Below are positions 1-13,540 of a stretch of 64,000 nucleotides of DNA, piece after piece. Below the pieces are notes generated by a model that worked only from the letters and a program-made list of their open reading frames with translations, was not told the DNA's origin and did no database searches. The stretch covers positions 45,106,001 to 45,170,000 of the forward strand of contig JASCQW010000162.1 of assembly GCA_030264375.1 (NCBI GenBank), given 5' to 3'. This DNA comes from Carcharhinus longimanus (lineage: Eukaryota). The position numbers were made by a program, and so were the translations under genes. Each line of letters opens with the position of its first letter. The first letter of the stretch is position 1.

Positions 1-2351
1 ATAATACATCTATAGAGAGAGGCAAATACCCTAAATTACTTTACCCAGCCCCATAACCACAGCACTTTTCCTTCCTTGTCATGTGATCCCACAGATAGCC
101 CTCTAGTGTCTCAGCAGAGCAGCCAGAATGTTGGATATTGCTTTAGTGTTGGAATTGGTGGACTATTCAATTTGGGATTATTGCAGTTGAGTCTGACAGG
201 GTTCTTATCTGATGCTCATTCATGCACATTTTCTAACTGAGTGCCAGGATAATGATTGAGAGTAGAAGCCTGGTTAATTGCTCCTCCTTTTAACCAAACA
301 GCTTTGAGGTCCATTTGTAGTTTCTAACCAAGGTCAACAAAATATGGGGATCGAACCTGACACCATTCCGGTCCATATTAATTAGGATCTTCTTAGGGAG
401 TGCACGAAAAGCCTTCAGGGCAGCTATCCAAAATTATTAATGTTTAATGTCATCGGGGTGATGAGGTACAGTCCAAGAGGAAACAAGTCATTGACTCTTG
501 TTCATTATTACTGACTTGCCTAATTTTCAAGATCAGCCATGCCATTACGGAGAAATAGTGATCCCTACTTTGATATGGAGCCTAGGTTCAGCAGGCAGTG
601 AGTGGAAGGCATGACCATTTTAATGGCTAGGCTTCACTTAAAAATATTTGATAGAAGCGCTGTCCGTGCTTTCCCAAATCTGAGATGCAACTTACTGATT
701 TGGCATGGTGGACTCGTGAGAAATCCATCAACTCAGTCACTGAGACAGATCTGGGGAATTCTGCACTATAGGTGAGATCCAGGCTGCTTCAGAAGGGGCA
801 AGGAGTGATGATAATTGAATAAGTAAGCAGGCAAGAAAATTTTTATTGTACAGCTAAATGTTATTACATTTAGGTTGGTCTTGGAAAATGCACCTGAAAG
901 AATGTAGCAGCCATTTCATCTCCAGAAATCCCTTCAAGGCTGCTTCCTAATCTTGCAAATGGAAGGTGCAAATGCAATGTAACTACCCTTCAAAATTGTT
1001 GTAGGATGTTATGTACGTCATATGATACCAGTTTACAGATAGCAGTGAGATAGCCTCAATGTTGTGCTTTGGGTGGAGAAATATTCTTACTACTCCCAGC
1101 TTTCTACTCTTGGACCCCTGCAGATAGACTGTCCTAAAAAGACTTCAGCACAATCCCCGCATCTAACTTGCTTGGGTCACCCCTCCACTGGTGGATCCAA
1201 CAAGAGGCCAGAAATGGTCTCCCACTTCATTTGAAGGCTATTGCTGGGCTTGTGCTTGAGAGAATGCAAATCCAGTGATGCTGAATTTCAGAAGTACTAA
1301 GAATCCTGGAGGACTGGGAATACATAACTGCCACTGCAGTTTCTGCCTCCCCTTTCTCTTTCCTAGGCAAAATGAACAGGAAAATCTTTGATATTTTCAG
1401 GAAAAGAGATGGAGAGTGGAAATAGAGCAAAAGGCTCCAGAGGAGGAAATTGGCAATGACACAGACAGAGACAGCATGACATTGTTCTCCTATAGTATTG
1501 AAGTTCTAATTGTCATGGGATCATTTCCAACTCGCTGCTGGAGCAATGTGGAAAGCAAAATTGGATGATTTCTACAATGATAGTTGTAACTTAAAAATTA
1601 TCCCCTATAGGTTTTGGGCAATATGAGTGAACAACTTTCATTCTACATTAATATATTGTGAAATAATGCTCTGATACTTCAAATTTGTTCCCATGTAAAA
1701 GGGTAGTTAAGAACAATAATCCATAACATAAATTGTCTGTGAGTAGGTTAAATCTGTGCTATAACGAGTAGGTATTAATGTGCAGTAATTTCTCCAGTTC
1801 AGATCGTAACCCACATTATTAGTTTAAATAAAACTCTTCTGGTGTAGAGCAGTTTCATTTATGTCGTTGATAAGGCCTAATGATAAATGCTCTTGGCTAC
1901 ATTTATCAGCAGCAAAGAAGCCACTCTATGATTACTGTGTTCTCATCTACACTCAGTCACACGCTTAATATCATTTCATTTTAGGTACTGTGTGCATCTG
2001 AGCACAGGTGTATATATCAGATCAATCTGCTTTAAAATGCTTGAAAGCTCCAAACTTATTACATTGCATCCAAAAAATCTTAATAAACAGGGGATTGGTT
2101 TATCACAGAGCACTGTGTTCAGTAATGCAATAAATCAGTGTATTTATTAAATCAGCCTGAGATTTTTGAAATCCAACAAAAGTACTTCTAAATACATTCA
2201 ACGAACTAAACTGACTAAACTCGATTTTTCATATAATGAACAAATCAAATTTGTTTTGAAATAATGCCTTCTGTGAAATTTCACAAATGATTAGTGTTTA
2301 GAATTTAGTATTGCTCTTTGGAGCATAGTGCACAGATAATGTACATTTTCA

Positions 2352-2591
<240 letters not shown>

Positions 2592-3141
2592 TTAATGATC
2601 TGTAGTACAGAGACATGTGGCAACAATTTCACAGTTGGGTTAATTCACAAAAGCAAATGTTTATAGCCTGATTTGTGTTTGCATGCAGGCCCTTCACAAG
2701 ATGTCCATTCACAAATGAATTTGTACATCATGTACGCTTTGAGTTGTAGCAGAAAGGAAGTGTGCCACCAATGGCAAAACATCCATGAGCAAGAATTTTG
2801 CTTTAGGTAACTGTTCATTGCATGCACATTNNNNNNNNNNNNNNNNNNNNNNNNNNNNNNNNNNNNNNNNNNNNNNNNNNNNNNNNNNNNNNNNNNNNNN
2901 NNNNNNNNNNNNNNNNNNNNNNNNNNNNNNNNNNNNNNNNNNNNNNNNNNNNNNNNNNNNNNNNNNNNNNNNNNNNNNNNNNNNNNNNNNNNNNNNNNNN
3001 NNNNNNNNNNNNNNNNNNNNNNNNNNNNNNNNNNNNNNNNNNNNNNNNNNNNNNNNNNNNNNNNNNNNNNNNNNNNNNNNNNNNNNNNNNNNNNNNNNNN
3101 NNNNNNNNNNNNNNNNNNNNNNNNNNNNNNNNNNNNNNNNN

Positions 3142-3272
3142 GCACCCGGAGGAAATCCATGCAGACATGGGGAGAACATGCAAACTCCGCACAGACAGTG
3201 ACCCAAGCCAGGAATCGAGCCTGGGTCCCTGGCACTGTGAGGCAGCAGTGCTAACCACTGTGCCACCATGCC
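3142..3272 (-). mobile_element. HE1/V-SINE-type tRNA SINE, 5' part; rest in N gap
   Basis: Head GGCATGGTGGCACAGTGGTTAGCACTGCTGCCTCACAG with A/B boxes. Confidence 0.85.
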
Positions 3273-6200
3273 ATCCTATTGATTGAGGAATAAATATTTG
3301 TCAGGGCACAGGGAAGAAATCACATTTTCTTAAAAAAAAGCCATGAAATTTTATACATCTACTTGAGAATGTAGACAAAGCTTCCCTTTGATGTCAATCT
3401 GAAAAATGGCATCTTCTCTCCATACAGCTATCCTTCATTTTGCACACCTGATGTGTTCCAAAAAAGTACGTTAAGGGAAAACGTGAATTTCCTGCCTCAT
3501 ATAATATTTTATGTATTGACTTAATGTATTTTACAACTATGAGGTTTGTGAGATTATTATATGTTGGAACTGTAGCTTTAAATTTAAGGTAATGGAAGGA
3601 GTAATCTGTTCTGAAGTCTGCTTGACTGTAAACCTGGATAGTTTGATAATCAAAAATCAAAAGAAGGCTCAGATTGTTCCACTGAGAAGAAGGTGCAATG
3701 TAGTTACATTTGCAGGCAATAGCAACTGTCTCTGGGTTTGCAATGAGTACTTTCAATCTCCCAGAGTTTCAGAACGGTGATGAAGGTAACATTTTGTGCT
3801 ATAGGCGGCCCATTCACTTCTAAAAGGAAATGGAGTTGGGATTAAGGATAGCTAATTAGCATTTCTTAATGTGTTTCGCATTGTCATGGGGAAGAAGGCA
3901 GAGGAAGCTATTTTAGAGATCAGATTACAGGCTCCCCTACAAATCAATGAAAATTTCAGCCATCAGAAGTTCTGCATGGTCAGCAGAGGGACCACTGGGC
4001 TTTGTGAGCTGCCACAGCTGGATGTGGGAGGGAGACGGTCATTAGTCAAAGAGGTGCAACTAGTAGCCTTTTGCAGAGTCTGGGAGATTTTGTTCCAGCA
4101 TGGCTAGTGTTGAGGTGGGAAGGAGNNNNNNNNNNAATCATCAGAACAGGCTTTACTGTTGGTGAAGGATTTAAGAAACTCTGAAAACTGAGAAAGGTAC
4201 TTGGAGATGTCACTCAAAGTGGGGATGTGGGAACGCATTGGAAGTTGGGAGCAACTGTGGACCATTTGTTATGATGATCAAACACATTTCTTGACCCATG
4301 CAGAATAACCATGATAAACTGAAACCTGAGGACAGGTGGGTGGCAGCACTATTCAGGAAAGTTCCCGAAAAGCTCAGAACAGAGAATTTTCATATCGCAC
4401 AGGAGTGCCAACCTAGATTATCTGATAAAATGTTTGCAATAGCCTTCATTCCACAACCTACTAGCTCGAGTGCCATTGCTGACATTCTCTGTACTCAGTA
4501 ATTAAAGGAAAATATCAATCCCAGAATTACTGAAGTAGTCTGATGCAAAAAGCCTCTGTAAACCCAGAAGCATGTGATGTGTTAAAAGTAATTTTATATC
4601 AGCAAGCTTTAGAAAACTTGCTTTATGAAAAGATTATTTTTGTTCCCTGTATACTATACCGTCAATAAAATGTGGGTCCTTTGTGTAAACAGGGACTGAG
4701 CAGTCCAACACTAATCCCACCTGTCAATGAAAATAGTTTAACAGAGATGGTCAATTCCAGGAAGGTGTGCTTTGTAAGTCTCGCCAACTGACCTCTGCTC
4801 TTTGACCCCTGACACTAGGAACCACAGTTTTAGTGGAGTAAGGATACAAGTTAAATCTTCACAGAATTGACTTCCACAGTAGCATTCAGAACTCATTTTA
4901 CAGTCACTCAGTCTGGGCATTTCGACCTGTATACAATAACACTTCAACATTATGTATGAACAATAAAATGAACTATGATTTTATGCTGAACATCTTTCTT
5001 AGCTGATGGTAATTCTAATGAGATCTAATTTTAATTAATGCAATGAAAAATAAAGATGACATTTTGTGCCAATAGTGGAAGCACATTATTCGAAATGAAA
5101 TTTTAACGGACTCCACAGAAGATTAAATTCAAACCACAGCAATGGCTTTAACTAAGACTCCCAACCCAACAGTTTCATTTTAGCAGTTGCTGAAGGGCTG
5201 CTGTATGATTGTACCTTTTCTACAAATTCAATCTCAGTCAAACTATTTTCACAAGTGTGTACTAACTCACTTGCCCAGATTTACATGAAAGGAAGTAACA
5301 AGATCAATTGAGCAGCAGTTCTCCTGAATTAGAATTATAAACTTTTCAAGTTGCTTTATCAAAGTTCTGCCAGGTCACCAGGCTTTATGCTGTATCGGTT
5401 ACCCATTGCCAAACTATCACTGACACTGTGTAAGTGGCCCTATAATGGTGAACGTCACTGAGATGGTGCATGAAAATAACTGCATTGCAAAGAAATGGAG
5501 AAATTTGTGGCAGGAAACGTGGGGTCAGATCTTACAGTTGGTACTCCTGTCCAGTCAAGCTTTCAATACCCTTGTCCTTATCATCATCATCAAAGTATCC
5601 CAGCAAGGATTTTCCTCCCTCCTGATCCTCCTCCTCAGCATTATCATCACTGTCCTTCTCTTCTTCATCTTCTGCCTCCTGTTGCTTTGATGGACCTCAA
5701 GGCAATTAAGGGCATAAACTAAGAATATATGAGCATAACCTCCTTGGGAAAAGGAAAACAGAGAAGGGTAGGGAAGCATTTGCCTATGTGTTGTTCCATA
5801 AATTGCCATGGCTACTCTGCAAATGTTCACACACTTATCTGATACCTATGCTATATGACCACTCTCACTATGTTTCACAATGAGAGCAGAGTGCTCTTAG
5901 ATGGAGATAACTTGCACTTATACAGTGCTATTTATTACCTCAGGACATCACAAAGCCCTTTGAAGCCAATGATGTACTTCTGAAGTCTCTACTGTAATGT
6001 AAGAAAATACGGCAGACGTTTCTCACAAAGCAAGCTCCCATTAACATCCAAAGTATATATAATTAGATAAGCTATTTTAGTAATAGTATTTGAGGATATA
6101 TATTGACCAGAAAATTGCTCCCTCAATACCATGCTAAAATATCAGAAATATAATGGCTCATCTACTTTTGAGTGAAAAAACCTATGGCCAGGATGTGATG

Positions 6201-6689
6201 AGCCATTCAAATGTCTGTTGACTTTGGGCGAACCAGAAGATCTTACTGGTGGAAGAGGCCGGTGAATCCCAGCCTATAATTTATTTTTGGGATGCTCATA
6301 GATTTCACTATGGGTTGATTTCTAGTAAAGCATCTAGTTCTCAATAAATGATCAGGTGACCAAGTTGCCTGGGAGATAAATAATAGAACATCAAAGGGTC
6401 AACAAGAAGTTAACTATAGAGTTGAGTAGATTATGAGTGACTCTGGTCTGGAGCAGTATTTTTAGATCAATCTGGCTGCACAGCAAGGAACATATCTTTC
6501 CTGCAGAATTCATTTGAAATTTGGTGCATTGGCTTAAAGATCTTAAACTTCTTGTTAACTAAAGGATTTATGACAATGATTTGGATGTCTAAGAATATAC
6601 GTAATAGAACAGAGAATATAGAAGGTGGCAAGCATCTAACCCCAGGTAGAGCAGAAACGGTGATAAGTATGAGAAAGGAGGTGGTCATT

Positions 6690-9530
6690 CAGGATTGACA
6701 GTGTTGTACTAAATGTGTGCAGTATTCCGAACAAGGTAAATGAGGTTGTTGTGCACACTGAAATTGGCTGGTATGATGTTTTAAACATCACAGAGACATG
6801 GCTGCGAGGAGATTCCAAGGATATGTGTCCTATGGGAAGGACAGGCTGATGGGCAAATGGGGTGGGGTTGCATTGTTAGTAAAGAATGAAGTTAAATCAA
6901 TAGCAAGAAGCAGTATAGGATCAGAAAGCATAGAATCTCTGTGGGTAGAGTTGAGGAATTGCAAAGGTAAAAAAACCTTGATGGGAATTATGTACAGGTC
7001 CCCTAGCAGTAGTCAGGATGTGGGGCAGAAAATAAATCAGGCAACATAAAAAATGCAATATTACAATAATCATGGGGTACTTCAATATGTAGATGGACTG
7101 GGAAAATCAGGAAGGTAGTGGATCCCAAGAAAAGGAATTTGTGGAATATCTAAGACTTTTTTTGGAGCGGCTTGTGACAGAGTCTACTAGGGAACAGGCA
7201 ATTCTGGATTTGGTGATGTGTAATGAGGCAGACTTGATTAGGGAACTTAAGGTGAAAGAACCCTGAGGGATCAGTGACCACAGTACGATAGAATTTACCC
7301 TGTAGTTTGAGGGGGAGAAGCTGGAATCAGATTTAATGGATTATAATTAAATAAGGGTAACTACAAAGACATGAGGGAGGAGCTGGCCAGAGTAGATTGG
7401 AAAGGGAGCCTAGTAGGGAAGACAGCAGAACAGCAATGGCTAGAGTTTTTGAGAGTTATTTGGGAGGCATAACAGAAGTTCATCCCAAGGAGGAGAAAAC
7501 ATGCTAAAGGGGAAGACAAGGCATCCATGACTGCTGAGGGAAGTCTAGGACAGCATAAAAGCAAAAGAAAAAGCGTACATTCTAGGACAGCATAAAAGCA
7601 AAAGAAAAAGCGTACAAAGTGACAAGGATTAGTGGGAAGTGAGAGGATTGGGAAGCTTTAAAAGTGAGCAGAGAACAACTAAAAAAGCAATAAGATGGGA
7701 GAACATGAAATATGAGTATAAGCTAGCTAATAATATAAAAGAAGATAGAACTTTTTTTCAATATATGAAAGGTAAGAGATTGGGCCACTGGAAAATGAGG
7801 CTGGAGAAGTAACAATAGGAAACAAAGCAATAGCAGAGGAACTGAATAGTTACATCAGTCTTCATAGTGAAAGTCACCAGTGGGATGTCAGAGCTCCAGG
7901 ATAGTCTGGGGGGACAGGTGAGTGTAATGGCCATCACGAAGGAGAAAATCCAGGGGAATCTGAAAGGTCTGAAAATGGATAATTCACCTGGACCAGATGG
8001 ATTACACGCTAGGGTTCTAAAAGAGATAGCTGAGGAAATTGTGGAGGCATTGGTGTTGATCTTTCAGGAATTACTGGAGGCAGGGAGGGTACTAGAGGAG
8101 TAGAAAGTACCTAATGTAACATCACTGTTTAAGAAGGGTGGGGGGCAGCAGACGGGAAATTATAAGCCAGTTAGCCTGACTTTGGTCATTGGCAAGAATT
8201 TTGAATCCATTATTAAAGATGAGATTGCAGAGTACTTGGAAGTGCATGAGAAAATAAGACTGAGTCAGCATGGCTTTGTCAAGGGGAGGTCATGTCTGGC
8301 AAATCTTTGAGGAAGTAACAAGGAAGTTAGATAAAGGAAACCCAATGGACGTGATTTATTTAGATTTCCAGAAGGCCTTTGACAAGGTACCGCATAGCAG
8401 GCTGTTAAATAAGTTAAGTACCCATGACGTTAAGGGTAAGATCCTGGCATGAATAGAGGATTGGCTGACTGGCAAAAGGCAGAGAGTGGGGATAAAGGAG
8501 TCTTTTTCAGGATGGCAGCTAGTGACTAGTGGTGTGCCTCAGTGCTGGGACCACAACTTTTCACAATATACATTAACGATTTGGAGAAAGGAACTGAAGG
8601 CACTGTTGCTAAGTTNNNNNNNNNNNNNNNNNNNNNNNNNNNNNNNNNNNNNNNNNNNNNNNNNNNNNNNNNNNNNNNNNNNNNNNNNNNNNNNNNNNNN
8701 NNNNNNNNNNNNNNNNNNNNNNNNNNNNNNNNNNNNNNNNNNNNNNNNNNNNNNNNNNNNNNNNNNNNNNNNNNNNNNNNNNNNNNNNNNNNNNNNNNNN
8801 NNNNNNNNNNNNNNNNNNNNNNNNNNNNNNNNNNNNNNNNNNNNNNNNNNNNNNNNNNNNNNNNNNNNNNNNNNNNNNNNNNNNNNNNNNNNNNNNNNNN
8901 NNNNNNNNNNNNNNNNNNNNNNNNNNNNNNNNNNNNNNNNNNNNNNNNNNNNNNNNNNNNNNNNNNNNNNNNNNNNNNNNNNNNNNNNNNNNNNNNNNNN
9001 NNNNNNNNNNNNNNNNNNNNNNNNNNNNNNNNNNNNNNNNNNNNNNNNNNNNNNNNNNNNNNNNNNNNNNNNNNNNNNNNNNNNNNNNNNNNNNNNNNNN
9101 NNNNNNNNNNNNNNNNNNNNNNNNNNNNNNNNNNNNNNNNNNNNNNNNNNNNNNNNNNNNNNNNNNNNNNNNNNNNNNNNNNNNNNNNNNCTGGATAGAG
9201 TGGATGTGGAGAGGACAGTTCCACGAGTAGGAAAAACAAGAACCAGAGGGCACAACCTCAGGTTAAAGTGATAATCCTTTAAAACAAAAATAAGAAGGAA
9301 TTGCTTCAGCCAGAGAGTGGTGAATCTGTTGGACACTTTGCCATAGAAAGCTGTGAAGGTCAGTCATTGAACGTCTTTAAGACAGAGATAGATAGGTTCT
9401 TGATTAATAAGGGGATCAGGGATTATGGGGAAAAGGGAGGAGAATGGGGATGAGAAAAGTATCAGCCATGATTGAATGGCGGAGCAGACTTGATGGGCCG
9501 AGTGGCCGAATTCTGCTCCTATGTCCTATG
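6690..9530 (+). mobile_element. CR1-clade LINE (HER1-like), ORF2 disrupted
   Basis: Endonuclease fragments (GGVALLVK, ESLWVELRN, IMYRSP) and RT motifs (SPGPDGLH, DVIYLDFQKAFDKVPH, LGPQLFTIYINDL). CR1 3' tail GATGGGCCGAGTGGCCGAATTCTGCTCCTATGTCCTATG. Stops, frameshifts and an N gap at 8616-9190. Confidence 0.92.
7544..7616 (+). repeat. Exact 36-bp tandem duplication inside the CR1
   Basis: TCTAGGACAGCATAAAAGCAAAAGAAAAAGCGTACA at 7544-7579 and 7581-7616. Confidence 0.95.
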
Positions 9531-9940
9531 GGAAAGCAAAGCTGAGAAGAGAGACTGAGACGTAGATACAATTGGAGGAGATTTAAAGGGAAAACTTCAC
9601 TGGAAGTAAGAGAAGACCTAAGAAATCTCAATCCTTACTCAAATCTTTGAAGTAGTACTCAGACCAAGTGGTTAACTCTTCAAGTTTTGATAAGTGTCTT
9701 GGGTTCTGAGGGTGCAAATCAAATGGTTGTGGAAGGGAATTTGAGTAAAGTTCAGTTAGAAAATAAATAACTGTTCACTGTACTTTTAATATCTTTGAGC
9801 GGAATTTTGCCATCCTGCCTCCACAGAAATTGTAGCAGGCGGGACATGCACCATGAAGAAGGCCATTGACCTTTGAGTGTAATTTTACAGTGCATGGCCA
9901 AAAAATTCCATCCTTTTTTGTAACTGATCATTTAAAATAT

Positions 9941-10211
9941 GGCACAGTGGCACAATGGTTAGCACTGCTGCCTCACAGCGCTAGGGGCCCAGATTCAATT
10001 GCAGCTTGGGTCACTGCCTGTGCAGAATCTGTACATTCTCCCTGTGTCTCTGTGGGTTTCCTCCAGATGCTCAGGTTTCCTCCCCACAGTTTGAAAAGTG
10101 TGCTGTTAGGTGCATTGACCAAGCAGGTGCCAGAGTGTGACAACTAGGGGAATTTNNNNNNNNNNTTCATTGCAGTGTTAATGTAAGCTTTGCTTGTGAC
10201 TAATAAATAAA
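9941..10211 (+). mobile_element. HE1/V-SINE-type SINE, tail type B
   Basis: tRNA head, central domain, and tail ...TTCATTGCAGTGTTAATGTAAGC...GTGACTAATAAATAAA. Confidence 0.85.
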
Positions 10212-10945
10212 TGTTTAAAAAAATGTGGTGTCGTTGTAAATGTTCATGATCCTTAATATTTTTGGTTAGCAAATTTATTTTAACTTAACCTGTGACTCTC
10301 GTGGCTTCATTCTTTCAGTAAACACAGCGTTCTCAGGCTCTTAAAAATAGATAAATACATTACAGGTGTCTACTGAGATCATAACAGCATTAATATGTGT
10401 TTAAGTCTCTTAAAGTGGACTTGAATCCAGAACCTATTGACTTGGGTTGGGTTGTGGTCTTGAAAGTGCTATATAAATGCAAGACTTTTTTAAAGCGTGT
10501 GCTATCATTGAACAAAAGCTGACATCATTCTTTTCACTGACTTGCTCCCTCCTTTTGTGTGACCTCTGCATCTTCCACTTGAAGACATGCTTTAAAAATG
10601 TCATATAATTACATATGAACCATCCATTACAGCTACCTGAAAGTTAACTGAACTGTGTCAAACACTTTCCTCCTTATCTGCTGTTCCTCCAGCCAGCTGT
10701 TTAAAATCTCTGTTATTTATTGCCTTTTTGAAGGTGATGCTCCTAATTTGCAAGCCACCTCCCCATGGGTTACACTTCTAAACTGAAAATGGATATTTAA
10801 ATTAACTGACCCCACAATTTATGGCAGGGTCAATGCTGGAGAGGATCAGTGAACAAAATGTTTGCCTCCAGGCACAACAGCAATATAAATGGCCCTATTG
10901 ATTTTCAAGGCCTGTAACTTTACTGAACATGAAGCACGCTTATGG

Positions 10946-11910
10946 GGCTGGATTTCACAAGGGTGGGCACATTATCTGACCACTCTCCCATCCCCTTGCA
11001 AGAAACAGCCGGCAGCTGACGCACCTTTCTTTAAATAAAAAGCCCGCCCTGCAACCGTAACACACCACTAGTGGACTAAACAGGCAGTGAGTGGAACTTT
11101 AGCCTCTCAGTGGGAGAAGGTCCTGCCCACAAGATCTCCCAGCCAAGGGCAGTCATGAAGTGGAAGTGCCAGCGTTGGACCGGGGTAAACACAGTAAGGA
11201 GTCTCACAACACCAGGTTAGAATCCAACAAGTTTATTTGATAGTAAACCCACAAGCTTTCGGGGTTGACTCTCAACTGAAGAAGGGGCAAACCCTGAAAG
11301 CTTGTGGGTTTACTATCAAATAAACTTGTTGGACTCTAGCCTCATGTTGTGAGACTTCTTACTGAGCCAAGGGCAGTACCAGAGCTCAGTGGCAGAAGCT
11401 GCTGGGACGACAAGCAGGCCCATGTAGATCCTGGAACCAGGTAGGTTCCTTGTTTTATAGGGCAAGGACAAATTGGGCAGCTGCTGGAAGGGGGGCAATG
11501 GAGGAGCAGCTCTTGGAAGCTGGGAAAGGAGGAACAAAGATGGGTTACCATTTTAAGGGTGAGGGGGTTACTCCAATTCACAGCACATCCTATGAAGAAT
11601 ACTCCCCAAACCCCCAACTCCCACATCCATGGCCTACCTTTTTAAAAAGACTGCCCACACTAACTGTTTTATGGCATGGGCAGCATATTATTCCAGTCTA
11701 TTGGCCTGGTAACATTCAATTAACCATTAGTTATTTATTTTTTAAAATGCCCTGGTGGGCTGCCTATTTCCAGCACCTCCCAATCCCCCACCTATCATAA
11801 CATAGGGAGAAGCTCGGAAAGGGGTACAAAGATAGTGAACTTGCTACCCTTCAGATTTTACATGCCCCCACCCACTCCCCCAGCGGAGAACATGCCACTA
11901 AAATCCAGCC
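10946..11910. mobile_element. Possible non-autonomous TIR DNA element hosting the Penelope-like insertion
   Basis: 10-bp terminal inverted repeat GGCTGGATTT (10946-10955) / AAATCCAGCC (11901-11910) around a more GC-rich block. Confidence 0.4.
11154..11364. mobile_element. Short palindromic Penelope-like insertion with 13-bp TSD
   Basis: About 73-bp inverted arms at 11192-11264 and 11292-11364. TSD AGCCAAGGGCAGT at 11141-11153 and 11365-11377. Hammerhead-like core at 11276-11303. Confidence 0.75.
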
Positions 11911-12129
11911 TGTGGTGCACAATTTTAAAATAGAGCAAATACATTCCTCTCAAACCTACATACAGTGGATGACATTTAGCATGTGCAATTTTGCACACTG
12001 GAATTCACAGCAAATGGACAATTTATAAAGGGAAACTTTTTGGAAAAGGATATTTAATACAGCACAAGAATTTACTGTGAGCAGGCAGTTTACATTAAAG
12101 AATATTAATAAGCTTACTTAATTACATAA

Positions 12130-12410
12130 GATTACATTGGATATTGGGCTGTCAACTCAACCAGTCCATGTCGTTGTTTATGCTCCAATTAAATCTCTTC
12201 TCATCTAAATCTACCATTGGAACCCTCAATTCCTACCCCATTACTTGCTTGTCTGCCTTCCCCTTAAATGCTTTGATTCATTGCAACCACTTTGTGTGCT
12301 TGAAATTCCACACTCTTGTTACTCTTTTCATGAAGAAGTTTCTTCTGAATTCCCTGTTGGATTTGTTGGTGACTATCCTAAATTGATGTCCTCCAGTAAC
12401 GCTCTTCTCC
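12130..12410 (-). mobile_element. CR1 3' fragment
   Basis: Minus-strand peptide FRRNFFMKRVTRVWN is typical of the CR1 ORF2 C-terminus. Confidence 0.6.
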
Positions 12411-12429
12411 ACAAGAGGATACAAGCAAG

Positions 12430-13540
12430 GAGGGAAAATCACTATAAATAGTAACTTTACAAGGAGGAGTTTCAACAAAACTGCACTCTTCATTTACAGT
12501 TTCCCTCTCTGCCTGAAGTGTGCATTCATTGTAAAACTTCCCTACATAAAATGCTCATTTATAGAGAGTTTATCCCTTGGCATAAAGTGTCAGTTTACAG
12601 CAAATCTCCTGGCATGCACACGTAATAACCCATGCAAGTTATTGTATGTGGGCAAGTTATACAGGCAATTTATTATAAATTGACAATTTCCACAGGAGAT
12701 TTGCTGCAAATAGACCATTTATACAGGAGCAATTCACTTTACTGGGGTGCTTATGGGAAGAATGTTTTATAAATGGGCACTCAATATAAAGTGAACTCAC
12801 TGTGAATAGATACTTTATATGGCATGGAGATTCACTTATTCAGTATACTATACAGGGGTACACAGAGATATTTTATTGAAGGAAGCCTCACAATCAGCAG
12901 ACACACCCTATCCAAATTAAGCAGTGAGGCTCAATATAAACATGCTATTTTATACAGGGAGATACACTGTCAAGATGCATTTTAAGAAAATGTTTCATTG
13001 AGAGGAGGTTTACTGTAAATAAACAGTGCAAATCAAACTCACTGCTAAGTGGGCACTGAATAGGAAGATTCAATAATTCAACATTTTCAATAGGGATTCA
13101 CCCATAGTGAGCCTTTACACGGGAAATTCACATAAACAGGGACTTAACACAGAAGAAAAGCTCAGTGTAAATGGATACTTACACATGGGATTTCCAATTT
13201 ACATTCTGTTGCCAGAAGATTCAATGTGGCACTGGGATTCGCAGTTAACACGATAGAGAATCAACTGTAGCGGACTGTATGGACAGCTGTTTTCTTTAGT
13301 TATATGGGAGAGAGGGAATCGGTTTATTGTACATGGGTTGCCAACTTCATTGTAAATGGACTCTTCTTATAACAGGCAGATTCACTGAATTGGCACATTA
13401 TTTAAGGGGATTTACTGTGAATAAGCTTTATACAAGGAGCTGACCTTTAATAGAATATTTTGCAGTTGTGGATTACTGTAAACACAGAATATGAAAGAGA
13501 CTCCCTGTAAGTAGACACTTTATGCCGAAGGATTTACTTT
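12430..13540. repeat. Ancient degenerate tandem array, about 30-bp unit
   Basis: Recurring approximate unit TTTATACAGGGRATTCACTGTAAATRGRCAC. Confidence 0.6.

Noticed and set aside
2645-3286. Long ORFs across N runs (also 8486-9336, 39532-39997, 57022-57736)
   Set aside because: Artefacts of translating N gaps next to repeats.
5445-5830. Hydrophobic or His/Pro-rich ORFs resembling a membrane peptide
   Set aside because: Low-complexity CAT/CCT/CTT tract with no splice or homology support.
12430-13540. CRISPR-like periodic array
   Set aside because: Vertebrate context, no identical repeats with unique spacers, and no cas genes.
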